Origin: Solirubrobacterales bacterium
GTDB taxonomy: Bacteria; Actinomycetota; Thermoleophilia; Solirubrobacterales; Solirubrobacteraceae
Direction of reading: 5' to 3'
DNA: 64,000 nt
NCBI GenBank assembly: GCA_038257095.1
Contig: JBBSJQ010000016.1
Location: 30,417 to 94,416 of the forward strand
Numbering within the stretch: position 1 is the stretch's first letter; every line of letters begins with the position of its first letter. Of this stretch, positions 7,846-17,186 are shown in pieces. The notes under the pieces are model-generated. The model saw nothing but the letters and a program-made list of their open reading frames with translations. It searched no databases and was not told where the DNA came from. The translations under genes and the position numbers were made by a program.

Positions 7846-9399
7846 TTAGGCCTGCGCGGGGACGTCGCTGAGGTCGCGACGCTCGCGCTGGTACGGCGGC
7901 AGGATCTCGCCGAGGTAGTCGTTACCAGTGATCTCGCTGACGGTGAGGAGCGACGTGAACGCCACGCCGTCCATGAACCCGCCGTAGTTCTTGACGGAAT
8001 CGCCCACGAAGTACAGGCCGTCGATGCCCGGGCACTTGGGGTCGAGCATCTGGTCCCACGCCTGGTCCGGTGTCGGAGCGACGTTCACGACGTACTCGAA
8101 GGCCGGGAACAGCGCCCACTCCAGCGCCTCCTCGAACCCCGGATGGTTCTCCTTGAAGAAGGTCATGATCGCCTGGCAGAGGGCGTCCAGTCCGCCGGAC
8201 TCCCGGAGCTGACGCAGGTGGTGGGTCTCGAGCCCGACCCAGCACTCGATGATCTCCTTGTCGGTGGGCGCCTTGCCCTCGACAAAGAGCGAGTGCGCCT
8301 CGTACCCGAGCACGACGCCGTCCGGCAGGTCCGGGTGGTCGACGGGGACCTTCGTCATGAGCATCCCCGGAATGTCGATCACGGACTTGGACAGTCCGAA
8401 GATCGGCGTCACCGCGCCGCTCGAGGTCAGCTTCCCGGTGCGTTTGACGAAGTCCTGCGGGAGCGCGTCGGCCGGGATGATCTGATCGACCAGCAATGGG
8501 AGCGGGATGTTGGACACGACCAGCGGGCACTCGATGCGCTCGATCTCGCCGGTCGGCGTGCGGACCTCCACGCCCTGGACGACGCCGTCCTCCACGAGGA
8601 TCTGGCGGACGCGCCAGCCCGTCCGGACTTCGCCGCCCTCTGCGGTGATGACGCTGGCGAGGTTGTGGGCCACCTGCATGAAGCTCTCGCCGCCCATTTG
8701 CCCGAGCGTGCCGTCGGCGAAGTGCAGGCCGGCGGCCATGGGCATACGAGTGATGAGCATGAACTCGCCGGCGCTGAGCTCCTTCGCCGAGTTCATGCCG
8801 ACGGTGAAGGCCCCGAGGATGTCGAAGAACTCGAGGACCTTGGGGTCCGACGTGCGCTCGACGAGGTAGTCGTGCAGCGACTCGCGGTAGTGCTCGAGCA
8901 CGGTGTCGAGCGGCAGCTTCAACATCCCGCCGAGGATGGCGCGCATCTCCGCGTACTCCTCGCGAGCCATCCACGGGAACGAGCCGCGAGTCATCTCGTG
9001 CAGCTTGCCGTCACTCCAGAACCCGCACGCCTTCAGCGGGATGATCTCGACGGGAACCTCCAGCGCATCGAGCACGTGCACCAGGCGTGACTGGGCGCCG
9101 TTGACGATGTCGTGCATCCCGAGCTCGAAGTTGTACCCGGCCAGCATGCCATCCTCGATGATCTTCTCGATGGACGGCTCGCTGTAGGCGAGCGACCCGG
9201 TGAACGACTCGAGGGGCCCGAGATAGTCCTCCACGGTCTCGATCTCGTCGCCCTTGTAGTGGTGGATGCGGCCACCGATTCGCGGGGTGCGCTCGAGCAC
9301 CAGGACGCGTTTGCCCTCCTTCTTCGCCAGGAGCGCACCGGCGCAGAGACCACCGACGCCGGCTCCGGCGACGATCACGTCGAACTCGTTGGTGCTCAT
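7846..9399 (-). CDS. FAD-dependent oxidoreductase, phytoene desaturase (CrtI)/amine-oxidase-like
   Basis: FDVIVAGAGVGGLCAGALLA...LVLERTPRIGGR dinucleotide fold. Confidence 0.75.
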   Translation of the reverse strand: MSTNEFDVIVAGAGVGGLCAGALLAKKEGKRVLVLERTPRIGGRIHHYKGDEIETVEDYLGPLESFTGSLAYSEPSIEKIIEDGMLAGYNFELGMHDIVNGAQSRLVHVLDALEVPVEIIPLKACGFWSDGKLHEMTRGSFPWMAREEYAEMRAILGGMLKLPLDTVLEHYRESLHDYLVERTSDPKVLEFFDILGAFTVGMNSAKELSAGEFMLITRMPMAAGLHFADGTLGQMGGESFMQVAHNLASVITAEGGEVRTGWRVRQILVEDGVVQGVEVRTPTGEIERIECPLVVSNIPLPLLVDQIIPADALPQDFVKRTGKLTSSGAVTPIFGLSKSVIDIPGMLMTKVPVDHPDLPDGVVLGYEAHSLFVEGKAPTDKEIIECWVGLETHHLRQLRESGGLDALCQAIMTFFKENHPGFEEALEWALFPAFEYVVNVAPTPDQAWDQMLDPKCPGIDGLYFVGDSVKNYGGFMDGVAFTSLLTVSEITGNDYLGEILPPYQRERRDLSDVPAQA

Positions 9400-9402
9400 C
9401 CG

Positions 9403-10524
9403 TCAGGCCTTTCCGTGGGCGATGTCGACGTGCGTGAAGGTCGGCTCGGCCGCGCCGGGGAGCAGGGCGGTGAGCTCGGAGGTGGGGAAGAACTGCAGGA
9501 AGCGGTCGTCGACGGTGCTGCGGTCGGCCAAGAGCTTCTCGAGCGTCACCGAGTTGTACTGCTCGGCCGCGGTCTCGAGCGTGTTCGCGTTGATGATTAC
9601 GTCCTGACGCCACTCCTCCGCCCACGCGGCGACCCCGGGGATCTCGCTGAGCTCGGGCGTGACGCACTCCGCCGCGATGGCGTTCTCGCTGCAGGTCCAG
9701 ATCCCGGTGTCCGTGTTCACGGCGAGGCTCTGGTTGCCCGCGGCGTGACCGGGCGTGCGGATGATCGCGACACCCGGACCGAGCAGGACGTCGCCGTCGA
9801 GCGCGACGACCCGGTCGCCCGGGACGTCGACGTAGGTCGCCGGCTGATACCACGGGATCTGGAACGGGTGCACATCGGCGAGGGCCTCCCACTCCTCCCG
9901 CTGGACCAGGAGCTTCGCGTTCGGGAAACGCGCGGCCACCGGCTCATCGGGCGAGATGTCGTCCTGCGCGACCGTGGTCCCGAGCCAGTGACGGACGTCC
10001 TGCGTGTGCAGATGATCGAACGCCAGGTAGTCGACGTCCTCAGGCTCGACGCCGATACGTGCCAGCACGTCCAGCGCGAGCTCGTGCGGCCGCGTGAGGC
10101 CGCGGAGCTCCTCGCGGGTCAGCCGCTTGGGCAGGTCGGCGAAGTACGGGGTGTTCGCGTCGAGTGGGCCGTCACTCGGGTTGAAGAGCAGGGTCTTCAA
10201 CCGACCGCCGTCCTCCCATCGGACGACCAGCATCCGGTTGCGAAGGGTCAGGAACGGCGCGCTCAAGGTCGACGCGCGCCAGAGCCCGAACTGCGTCGGG
10301 TACGGGACGTCGACGAGCGTGTACGCCCGCACGGACTGGGGGACGCCCGTCGCAGCGAACTCCTTGCGGAAGGCCGTCGCCAGCTCGGGGATGAGCCGCA
10401 GGCGAGCACCCGGGCCACCGGGCGCCTCGACGATCGGGCGGAGCGTGTCGATGACGGGGAACGCCGAGGCGTCGCCCGTCGGGGTGGGCAGCTGCAGCTG
10501 CGGGGTCTGGGGAATCGTGCTCAT
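9403..10524 (-). CDS. Metallo-beta-lactamase-fold protein (tentative), function unknown
   Basis: FDHLHTQDVRH (variant HxHxDH region) and IIRTPGHAAGNQSL. ATGA overlap with the P450 stop. Confidence 0.5.
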   Translation of the reverse strand: MSTIPQTPQLQLPTPTGDASAFPVIDTLRPIVEAPGGPGARLRLIPELATAFRKEFAATGVPQSVRAYTLVDVPYPTQFGLWRASTLSAPFLTLRNRMLVVRWEDGGRLKTLLFNPSDGPLDANTPYFADLPKRLTREELRGLTRPHELALDVLARIGVEPEDVDYLAFDHLHTQDVRHWLGTTVAQDDISPDEPVAARFPNAKLLVQREEWEALADVHPFQIPWYQPATYVDVPGDRVVALDGDVLLGPGVAIIRTPGHAAGNQSLAVNTDTGIWTCSENAIAAECVTPELSEIPGVAAWAEEWRQDVIINANTLETAAEQYNSVTLEKLLADRSTVDDRFLQFFPTSELTALLPGAAEPTFTHVDIAHGKA

Positions 10525-11753
10525 GGCTCTGGTGTGAACTCCACGTCAAGGGATCGCAGGCCCCGAGCGTTCATGCTCGGGACGTGCCTGGGCGCGTATC
10601 CGGGGGCGAGGTGCAGGTCGGGCAGGCGGGTGAGAAGCGCTTCGAACGCGCAGCGCGCCTCCAGCTTCGCGAGGATCGAACCGAGGCAGAAGTGGATGCC
10701 GTGGCCGAACCCGAGATGTTTGGCGGCGTTGTCCCGACGGATGTCCCACACGTCCGGGTTCTCGAACACGTTCTCATCCCGGTTGGCCGAGGCGATCGAC
10801 GTGTAGACGATCTTGTCCTCCGGGATGGTGGTCCCCGCGACCTCGCTCTCGACGAGCGACAGTCGCCGCTGGGTCATGATGGGAGAGGCGAACCGCATCG
10901 TCTCGTCCAGCATGTTGGGGATCAGCGAGAGGTCGGCCCGGACGGCCGCGTGGTCGTCCGGGCGCTCGAGTAGCAGACGCGTGCCGGAGCCGATGAGGTG
11001 GCCGGTCGTCTCCTGGCCCGCGACCATGAGGAGATGGACGATCGCGAGGACCTCCTCGACGGTCATCCGCTCCTCCCCTTCGACCGACGACGTCGCCAGC
11101 GCCGACAGCAGGTCGTCCACCGGGTTGTCGCGACGCGCCTGGATGCGCTCCGCGAAGTAGTGCTGGAACTCGACCCGGCTCTCGATGCATTGGACCTCGC
11201 GCTCGGGGCTGAGCACGCCGCTGAGGTGCTCCATCGCGTCGTCCGACCACTTCTTGAAGGTCTGGATGTTCTCCTTCTCGACTCCGAGGATCGACACCAT
11301 CAGGAGCAGCGGCAGCTTCGAGGAGAAGTCGGCGATGATGTCGGCCCGGCCGGCGGAGCCGAAGTCGTCGACCAGGTCGTCGGCGATGCCCTGGATGAGG
11401 CCCTCCCACTCCTGCACGCGGCGCGTGCTGAAGACCGCCGAGACGAGTTTGCGGTAGCGAGTGTGACCGGGCGGGTCGTTCGAGACCAGCGTGTTGGGCA
11501 CCCGGAAGCCGCGCATCATGACTTCCTTCATCGCTGGCGTCGGCTTCGGGCGCAGACCCGGGCCGCCGCGGTTGGAGTAGGTCTTCGGGTTCTTCAAGGC
11601 GGCGAGCACGTCCGCGTGCCGGGTGATCAGGTACGCGTCCTGCTTCTCCAGATAGCAGACCGGGACTTCACGCCGCGCGTAGGCGTAGAACTCGTACGGA
11701 TCCTCGAGGATCTCGGGAGCGAACGGGTCGGCGAACTTCGACGAGGTGGCCAT
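10521..11753 (-). CDS. Cytochrome P450
   Basis: Heme loop FGHGIHFCLG, I-helix MVAGQETT, ExxR (ETMR). Confidence 0.95.
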   Translation of the reverse strand: MATSSKFADPFAPEILEDPYEFYAYARREVPVCYLEKQDAYLITRHADVLAALKNPKTYSNRGGPGLRPKPTPAMKEVMMRGFRVPNTLVSNDPPGHTRYRKLVSAVFSTRRVQEWEGLIQGIADDLVDDFGSAGRADIIADFSSKLPLLLMVSILGVEKENIQTFKKWSDDAMEHLSGVLSPEREVQCIESRVEFQHYFAERIQARRDNPVDDLLSALATSSVEGEERMTVEEVLAIVHLLMVAGQETTGHLIGSGTRLLLERPDDHAAVRADLSLIPNMLDETMRFASPIMTQRRLSLVESEVAGTTIPEDKIVYTSIASANRDENVFENPDVWDIRRDNAAKHLGFGHGIHFCLGSILAKLEARCAFEALLTRLPDLHLAPGYAPRHVPSMNARGLRSLDVEFTPEP

Positions 11754-11775
11754 CTATGGAGTCTCCGTCGTGAGC

Positions 11776-11792
11776 ATACTGTCGGACATTAT
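11776..11792. promoter_or_regulatory. Operator candidate O2 ATACTGTCGGACATTAT
   Basis: In the 62-nt ligase/P450 gap, about 22 nt upstream of the P450 ATG; implies an internal promoter. Confidence 0.6.
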
Positions 11793-11815
11793 CAGTCGAG
11801 GCTCGCCGGCTCGAT

Positions 11816-13366
11816 CTACGAGATACGGGGCGCGGCGTGACGGGCGCGCAGCTCGCGCTTGAGTACCTTGCCGGTCGCCGTACGAGGCAGCTCGGGGATG
11901 TACTCGTAGCTCTGCGGGCACTTGTACTTCGCGATCTGCTCGAGGGCATGGGCGCGCAGTGCGTCGTCCGAGACCCCCTCGCCTTCGCGCAGCACGATGA
12001 CGGCGTGAATGGCCTCGCCCCACTGCTCGTGCGGCACGCCGATCACAGCCGCCTCGAGGACGGCGGGGTGGCTGGCCAGCGCCTCCTCGACCTCGCGGCT
12101 GACCACGTTGATCCCACCGGTGATGATGATGTCCTTCTTCCGATCGACGAGCGTGACGATGCGGTACTCGTCGACCACGGCGATGTCGCCGGTCTTCAGC
12201 CAGTCACCGACTCGGCAGGCCGCGGTGTCCTCCGGCTTGCGGAAGTATCCGGGCGAGACGGCCGGGCCCTTGAGCCACACCTCGCCCGTGGTCGTCCCGT
12301 CTCCCGGCACGTCCGTGCCGTCGTCTCCGACCACACGCACGTTCATGTTCGCCTGCGGCCGGCCGGTGGGAAGAAGGGTGCGATCAGCGACGAGCGAGTA
12401 CTGCTCCTGTCGGAGGATCAGACCGCTGGAGGCGGTCTCGGCCATGGCGTACATCGGGAAGACGACGGGTCCGATCGTCGCACGGACCTCCTCAACGAGC
12501 GCGGCGCTGACCGGCGCGCCGCCCATTGTCGCGTGCGTGAAGCTCGAGAGATCGAACTCGGCCCGGCGCGGATGGTCGAGGAGCATCCGCATCATGGTGG
12601 GCACCATGGTGCTGGCGGTCACCTTGAAGTCGTTGATGCAACGCAGGACGGAGAGCGGCTCGAAGGATGGGATGAGGACCATGCGGCCGCCCTTGAGGAA
12701 CGCTGCGGGAACGCCGCTGGCGGGCCCGCCGGAGTTGAAGAAGAGCGACAGCATCTGGAGGTAGGTGCTGTTCTCCGTGACCGGGTACTCCATCGCCCAG
12801 CCGTTGACCGAGGCGATCGCAGAGTCCTGCGTCATGATCGCGCCCTTGACCGTGCCGGTCGTCCCGCTGGTCGGACACAGCTGGTAGATCGCGTCGCCGG
12901 GGACCTCGATGCCCGGAGCAGACGGGTCCTCGGCGGCCATCAGCACCCCGAGGTCCAGCGGGGCGCCGTGCCCCTCACCCGTGCCGATGACGAACTCGAG
13001 CGTCGGCAGTTGGTCGGTGACGGCCGCACCGAGCTCGGCGTAGTCGGCGTGGACGAGTACGGCGCGGGGCTCAATGTAGGAGAGGTACGAGACCAGCTCC
13101 GACGCGGTCTGGCGGATGTTGACCGGCGCGCCGGCAACACCCGTCTTCGCACAGGCGAAGAAGAACTCGATGTACTCCGGGCAGTTCGGCGCCAGGATCG
13201 CGAGGCGGTCGCCGGGCTCCAGCCCGAGGGTCACGAGGGCTCGAGCGAAACGATTGCTCTGCTCGCTGAGCTCCTTCCAGGACAGGGTCGGGCCGTCGAG
13301 CTGCACGATGGCGTCTGCCTCCGGCTTGTACTCGGCGTTCCGTCCGGGAATGTCACGAATCAACAT
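11816..13366 (-). CDS. Acyl-CoA synthetase (AMP-forming)
   Basis: CPTSGTTGTVKGA AMP motif. Track ORF trimmed to ATG 13366 behind GGAGGAG. Confidence 0.9.
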   Translation of the reverse strand: MLIRDIPGRNAEYKPEADAIVQLDGPTLSWKELSEQSNRFARALVTLGLEPGDRLAILAPNCPEYIEFFFACAKTGVAGAPVNIRQTASELVSYLSYIEPRAVLVHADYAELGAAVTDQLPTLEFVIGTGEGHGAPLDLGVLMAAEDPSAPGIEVPGDAIYQLCPTSGTTGTVKGAIMTQDSAIASVNGWAMEYPVTENSTYLQMLSLFFNSGGPASGVPAAFLKGGRMVLIPSFEPLSVLRCINDFKVTASTMVPTMMRMLLDHPRRAEFDLSSFTHATMGGAPVSAALVEEVRATIGPVVFPMYAMAETASSGLILRQEQYSLVADRTLLPTGRPQANMNVRVVGDDGTDVPGDGTTTGEVWLKGPAVSPGYFRKPEDTAACRVGDWLKTGDIAVVDEYRIVTLVDRKKDIIITGGINVVSREVEEALASHPAVLEAAVIGVPHEQWGEAIHAVIVLREGEGVSDDALRAHALEQIAKYKCPQSYEYIPELPRTATGKVLKRELRARHAAPRIS

Positions 13367-13421
13367 CTGTCTCTCTCCTCCGTTCGAGCAACGTGCTCGC
13401 CCTCTTAGATGGTCCTTGCGG

Positions 13422-14543
13422 TCATGTGCGTTGACCCGCTTGTCCGGGGCTCCAGGAGGCATCCCTGCCTCCGAGCTCCGGGTACGTCGTTGGGTCCGTC
13501 GGCCGCCATTGCGGCGTGAGGGGAAGCGGGAGGGCGGGCATCTCGCGGTCGCCGGCCGTCACCCGGCCAGCGAAGACGCCGCGCGCCTCGAGATGCGCGT
13601 CGCGGAGCGCCTCGTCAAGTGTCCGCACGACGGCGCAGCAGACGTCCTCACCGTCGAAGAGCAGGTCCCACTGGGCCGCCGTTCGCGAGGCGACGCGGTC
13701 CGCGACCGCTTGCGCGGTGGCGACGGGATCCGTCGCGTCGTCGCGCGCCGCCTCGGGCAGGTCGACGAGCTCGCAGAAGCGGCCCCAGAAGCGGTCTTCC
13801 AGGGGGGCGACCGCGAGGGCGCGTCCGTCTGCGGTCGGGTAGACGTTGTAGCGGGGACTCGCCCCGGTGACGAGCGCGTCGCCACCCTTCGGCCAGGCGC
13901 CGGCGGCGAAGCCCTCGGCCAGTGCCCAGTAGGTGAGCGTGTAGAGGTTGTCGGTCATCGAGATGTCGAGGTGCGCTCCCGCGCCCGACCGCTCGCGGGC
14001 GAGCAGCGCGAAGGCGATGTTCATCACGGCGGGGTACGCGCCGCCCGCGATGTCGGCGATGAGGACCGGCGGCAGCGCCGGCTCGGTCAGCGAGAGGACG
14101 CCCGCCTCCGCCAGGTAGTTGAGGTCGTGTCCGGCGCGGTTCGCCGAGGGACCGTCCTGCCCGTAACCCGTGATGGAGCAGTAGACGAGACCTGGCCTCC
14201 GGGCGCTCATGACCTCGTATCCGAGGCCGAGCCGCGCCATGACGCCTGGACGGAACTGCTCGATCACCACGTCTGCCTCGTCGGCCAAGGCGAGTGCGAT
14301 GTCCCGGTCCGACTCGTCCTTCAGGTCCAGCGCGATGCTCCGCTTGCCGCGGTTCAGTAGCGCGAAGTTCGCGCTGGCCTCACCGAACTTCGGCACGTAG
14401 GTCCGCATCTCATCGCCGTGGCCGGGTCGTTCGACCTTGATGACCTCGGCGCCGGCACCACCCAGGATCAGGCCCGCGAGCGGTCCGGGCAGCAGCGTGC
14501 TGAAGTCAAGCACGCGGATCCCGTCCAGCGGCAACGTCGTCAC
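13422..14543 (-). CDS. Family III CoA-transferase / alpha-methylacyl-CoA racemase-like (CaiB/BaiF family)
   Basis: LDGIRVLDFSTLLPGPLAGLILGGAGAEVIKVERPGHGDEMR. GTG 14543 in GTGA overlap with the upstream stop; the track ORF N-terminus is an artefact. Confidence 0.8.
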   Translation of the reverse strand: MTTLPLDGIRVLDFSTLLPGPLAGLILGGAGAEVIKVERPGHGDEMRTYVPKFGEASANFALLNRGKRSIALDLKDESDRDIALALADEADVVIEQFRPGVMARLGLGYEVMSARRPGLVYCSITGYGQDGPSANRAGHDLNYLAEAGVLSLTEPALPPVLIADIAGGAYPAVMNIAFALLARERSGAGAHLDISMTDNLYTLTYWALAEGFAAGAWPKGGDALVTGASPRYNVYPTADGRALAVAPLEDRFWGRFCELVDLPEAARDDATDPVATAQAVADRVASRTAAQWDLLFDGEDVCCAVVRTLDEALRDAHLEARGVFAGRVTAGDREMPALPLPLTPQWRPTDPTTYPELGGRDASWSPGQAGQRT

Positions 14544-15565
14544 ACCGCCGCCCCTGACGTGCCGGCCGCAATGGCGCGGAGCGAGACCGCGTCGCGGAGG
14601 ATCCTCTCGATCGGGTACTCCGTGAGGTAGCCGTAGCCACCGAGCACCTGGACCATGTCCAGACTCGCGGTCACCGCGTAGCCGGTGGCTGCCGCCGCGA
14701 CCGATCGGGCGGCGGAGTTCCGGTCCTCGTCCACGCGCGTGCACTGGGCGAGCAGCGCCGCGCGGTGACTCGCGACCTGGTCGGCAACCCTGTCGAGCTT
14801 CGCTCTGACCACCGGGATCGCGTCGAGGCTCCGGCCGAACTGGTGCCGATCGGCAGCGTAGATTCGCGCGTGCTTCCCCGCGGCGTCCGCCAGGCCGACG
14901 GCGGCCGCGCCAATCAGCAGCTGCCGCACCTCGCGCAGCCGGTCGGCGGTCACGGAGCTCCGCACCACGTCGGCGGTGAGGGTCACGGGCACGGGCCGCG
15001 ATCCGCGCATGCCGGTGCGGGCGAGAGGCTCGCCGCAGCTGCGCCCCGACCAGGCGTCCTGCGCGACGACGTAGGCGCCGTTCTCCGTCACGACGACAGC
15101 GGAGGCCGCGTCGGCCGCGCCCTCGGCGCGCGCGGCGTGCAGCTCCAGGCGTCCGTCCGTCACGTCCGCGCCGACCAGCGACGAACCAGCGTCGATGACA
15201 CACGGGCGGGCGCCCTCGGCCAGTGCGCGGGCGACGCCACGCCCCGACTCGTCGTCACACCCCAGCGCGGCGAGACCGGCGACGTGCACGTCGGCGAGGA
15301 GCAGCGCCAGCGCCGGTGACGCAGTCGCGACGATGGCGGCCGCCAGCGCGACATCGGCCAGCGTGGCGCCGGAGCCGCCGCAGTCCTCCGGGAGTCCGGC
15401 GGCGTAGATGCCCTGGGCGACGAGCAGCTCGACCGTGTCGTCGCCGAGGCGGTCCTCCTGCTCGATCGCGTCGACCACGGACGCGATGCGCTCGTCGGCG
15501 ACCTGACCGAGCATCTCGGCGTACGCCTCGCTCTCGGCGGACAAAAGCGGCCAGTCCGTGCTCAT
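14540..15565 (-). CDS. Acyl-CoA dehydrogenase family protein (short, 341 aa)
   Basis: QFGRSL, GGYGYLTEYPIERILRDA C-terminal ACAD signature. ATGA overlap with the upstream crotonase. Confidence 0.75.
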   Translation of the reverse strand: MSTDWPLLSAESEAYAEMLGQVADERIASVVDAIEQEDRLGDDTVELLVAQGIYAAGLPEDCGGSGATLADVALAAAIVATASPALALLLADVHVAGLAALGCDDESGRGVARALAEGARPCVIDAGSSLVGADVTDGRLELHAARAEGAADAASAVVVTENGAYVVAQDAWSGRSCGEPLARTGMRGSRPVPVTLTADVVRSSVTADRLREVRQLLIGAAAVGLADAAGKHARIYAADRHQFGRSLDAIPVVRAKLDRVADQVASHRAALLAQCTRVDEDRNSAARSVAAAATGYAVTASLDMVQVLGGYGYLTEYPIERILRDAVSLRAIAAGTSGAAV

Positions 15566-16341
15566 CGGAGGTACTTGCTCCGATCGGGGGCGCGACGCTC
15601 CCCGAATGCTGCGCTCATCTCGTGCGCCTCGTCCGTCGTGAGGTAGAAGGTCAGGAGCTGGTCGTGGGCCATGCGGGCCTGACCGGCCACGCCGTTGTGA
15701 CGCCCGCTAAACGCGGCCTTGAGACCGGCAAGGGCACCCGGGCCGCGTTCGAGAAGGTCGGCGGCGCACTCCGCGACCCGTGCCTGCAGCTGATCGCCCG
15801 GGACGACCTCGTTGACCAAACCCATCTCCAGCGCCTGCTCGGCGCTGTATTTGCGGTTGAAGTACCACATCTCCTTCGCGCGCTTGCGGCCGACGGTGTC
15901 CTCCAGGTACCAGGTGCCGTAGCCGGCGTCGAAGCTGCCGACCATGGGACCGACCTGGCGGAACACGGCGTTGTCCGCGGCGATCGTGAAGTCGCAGATC
16001 GTGTGCAGGACGTTGCCCCCACCCACCGCGAAGCCATTGACCGCGGCGATGATCGGCTTCGGCACGATGTCGAGCAGCTCGTACACGTCGACGATCGGGA
16101 GGACCTCCGCGTAGTCGTGGTCCTCGAACGGATCGTGCTCGCCGCCGATGCAGAAGAACTTGTCCCCGGCACCGGTCAGCACCGCGACCCGCAGACGCCG
16201 GTTATCGCGGAAGTTCCGCAGGGCGTCGGCCAGCTCCAGCGCCGTGGTACGGCGGAACTTGTTGCCGGCGTCCGGGCGGTTGATGGTGATCCAGGCGACG
16301 CCGTCGCGCTCTTCGAAGGCGATGTCCTCGTACGTGCTCAT
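15562..16341 (-). CDS. MenB/BadI-family crotonase (2-ketocyclohexanecarboxyl-CoA hydrolase-like ring hydrolase or DHNA-CoA synthase-like)
   Basis: LTGAGDKFFCIGGE, GGGNVLHTICDFTIAADNAVFRQVGPMVGSFDAGYG, closely parallel to E. coli MenB [36 protein letters not shown]. Confidence 0.8.
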   Translation of the reverse strand: MSTYEDIAFEERDGVAWITINRPDAGNKFRRTTALELADALRNFRDNRRLRVAVLTGAGDKFFCIGGEHDPFEDHDYAEVLPIVDVYELLDIVPKPIIAAVNGFAVGGGNVLHTICDFTIAADNAVFRQVGPMVGSFDAGYGTWYLEDTVGRKRAKEMWYFNRKYSAEQALEMGLVNEVVPGDQLQARVAECAADLLERGPGALAGLKAAFSGRHNGVAGQARMAHDQLLTFYLTTDEAHEMSAAFGERRAPDRSKYLR

Positions 16342-17186
16342 GCCTGCTCCTCCTTGTTGACTCCGATGCGGAAACCCCGGCCGGACACGGCGCCCAGCTC
16401 ACCCGCGTCGACCATGCGGCGCAGCAGCGCGGGCGCAGCGAAATGCGCGTCGCCGAGCTGTGCGTAGAGCGCGTCACAGCGCTCGAGATGGACGTCCAGC
16501 CCGATCTCGTCGAGGACCATGAGCGCCCCGTTGGGGTACCCCAGGCCGAGCTCGAGCGCCACGTCGAGATCCTCCGGTGTCGCGAGCCCTTCGTCCAGGC
16601 AGGTGACAACGTCGTTCAGATAAGGAACGAGGAGCCGCTGCGCGAGGAAGCCCGGACGATCGATGACGTCGACGACCTCCTTGCCGAGCACCTTGGCAAG
16701 GTCGGAGGCCGCCGAAAGACTCCGCGGGTCGGTCTGTCTGCCCGCCACACGCTCGACCACCGGGTTGGTGTGCGCCGCACCTGGGAAGCTAAGTCCGACC
16801 ACGAGGCCGGGAGACGCCGCCGACGCAGCGATCTCCCCGACCGACAGGACGGAGGTGGTGGTGACGAACGGGACCCGCGGATTCCGGGCCTCGGCGGTCC
16901 GCAACGCCTCGAGCTTCTGGGCGAGATTCTCGGGGCAGGCCTCGACCACGGCGGCGGGCTCTGTCGTCCCGGAGCCGACCTGGATAAGGGCCTTGGCGTC
17001 GTCAAGGTCGTTGTCGCGGAAGAGTTCCGCGGCGACAAGCGCCGCAAGCGTCCCGTGTGCCCGCGCCTGGAACTCGTCCGAGGCGTTGCCCTCCTCGGCC
17101 GCCAGCGTGACGCGGACTCCAGAGGCCGCCGCGAGCGCCGCGATCTCCGCCGCGCGTCGCGTCTCTCCGATCAGCAGGATGTTCAT
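16338..17186 (-). CDS. 3-hydroxyacyl-CoA dehydrogenase-like protein with degenerate NAD-binding motif
   Basis: C-terminal PGFLAQRLLVPYLNDVV HAD domain. N-terminus ILLIGETRRAAEIA replaces GxGxxG. Confidence 0.7.
   Translation of the reverse strand: MNILLIGETRRAAEIAALAAASGVRVTLAAEEGNASDEFQARAHGTLAALVAAELFRDNDLDDAKALIQVGSGTTEPAAVVEACPENLAQKLEALRTAEARNPRVPFVTTTSVLSVGEIAASAASPGLVVGLSFPGAAHTNPVVERVAGRQTDPRSLSAASDLAKVLGKEVVDVIDRPGFLAQRLLVPYLNDVVTCLDEGLATPEDLDVALELGLGYPNGALMVLDEIGLDVHLERCDALYAQLGDAHFAAPALLRRMVDAGELGAVSGRGFRIGVNKEEQA

Noticed and set aside
9112-10806. Long Arg/Gly/Asp-rich ORFs such as 9112-10806, 7489-9090, 39953-41485, 54735-56357, 166-1020
   Set aside because: They are antisense to well-supported genes, have no recognisable motifs and have biased composition; GC-driven spurious ORFs.
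14540-15565. Idea that the short ACAD-like protein is an inactive beta-type subunit because the YEGT Glu position reads AAGT
   Set aside because: Several clearly intact ACAD paralogs here (VAGT, GGGT) and known families such as isovaleryl-CoA dehydrogenase place the catalytic base elsewhere. The substitution alone proves nothing.
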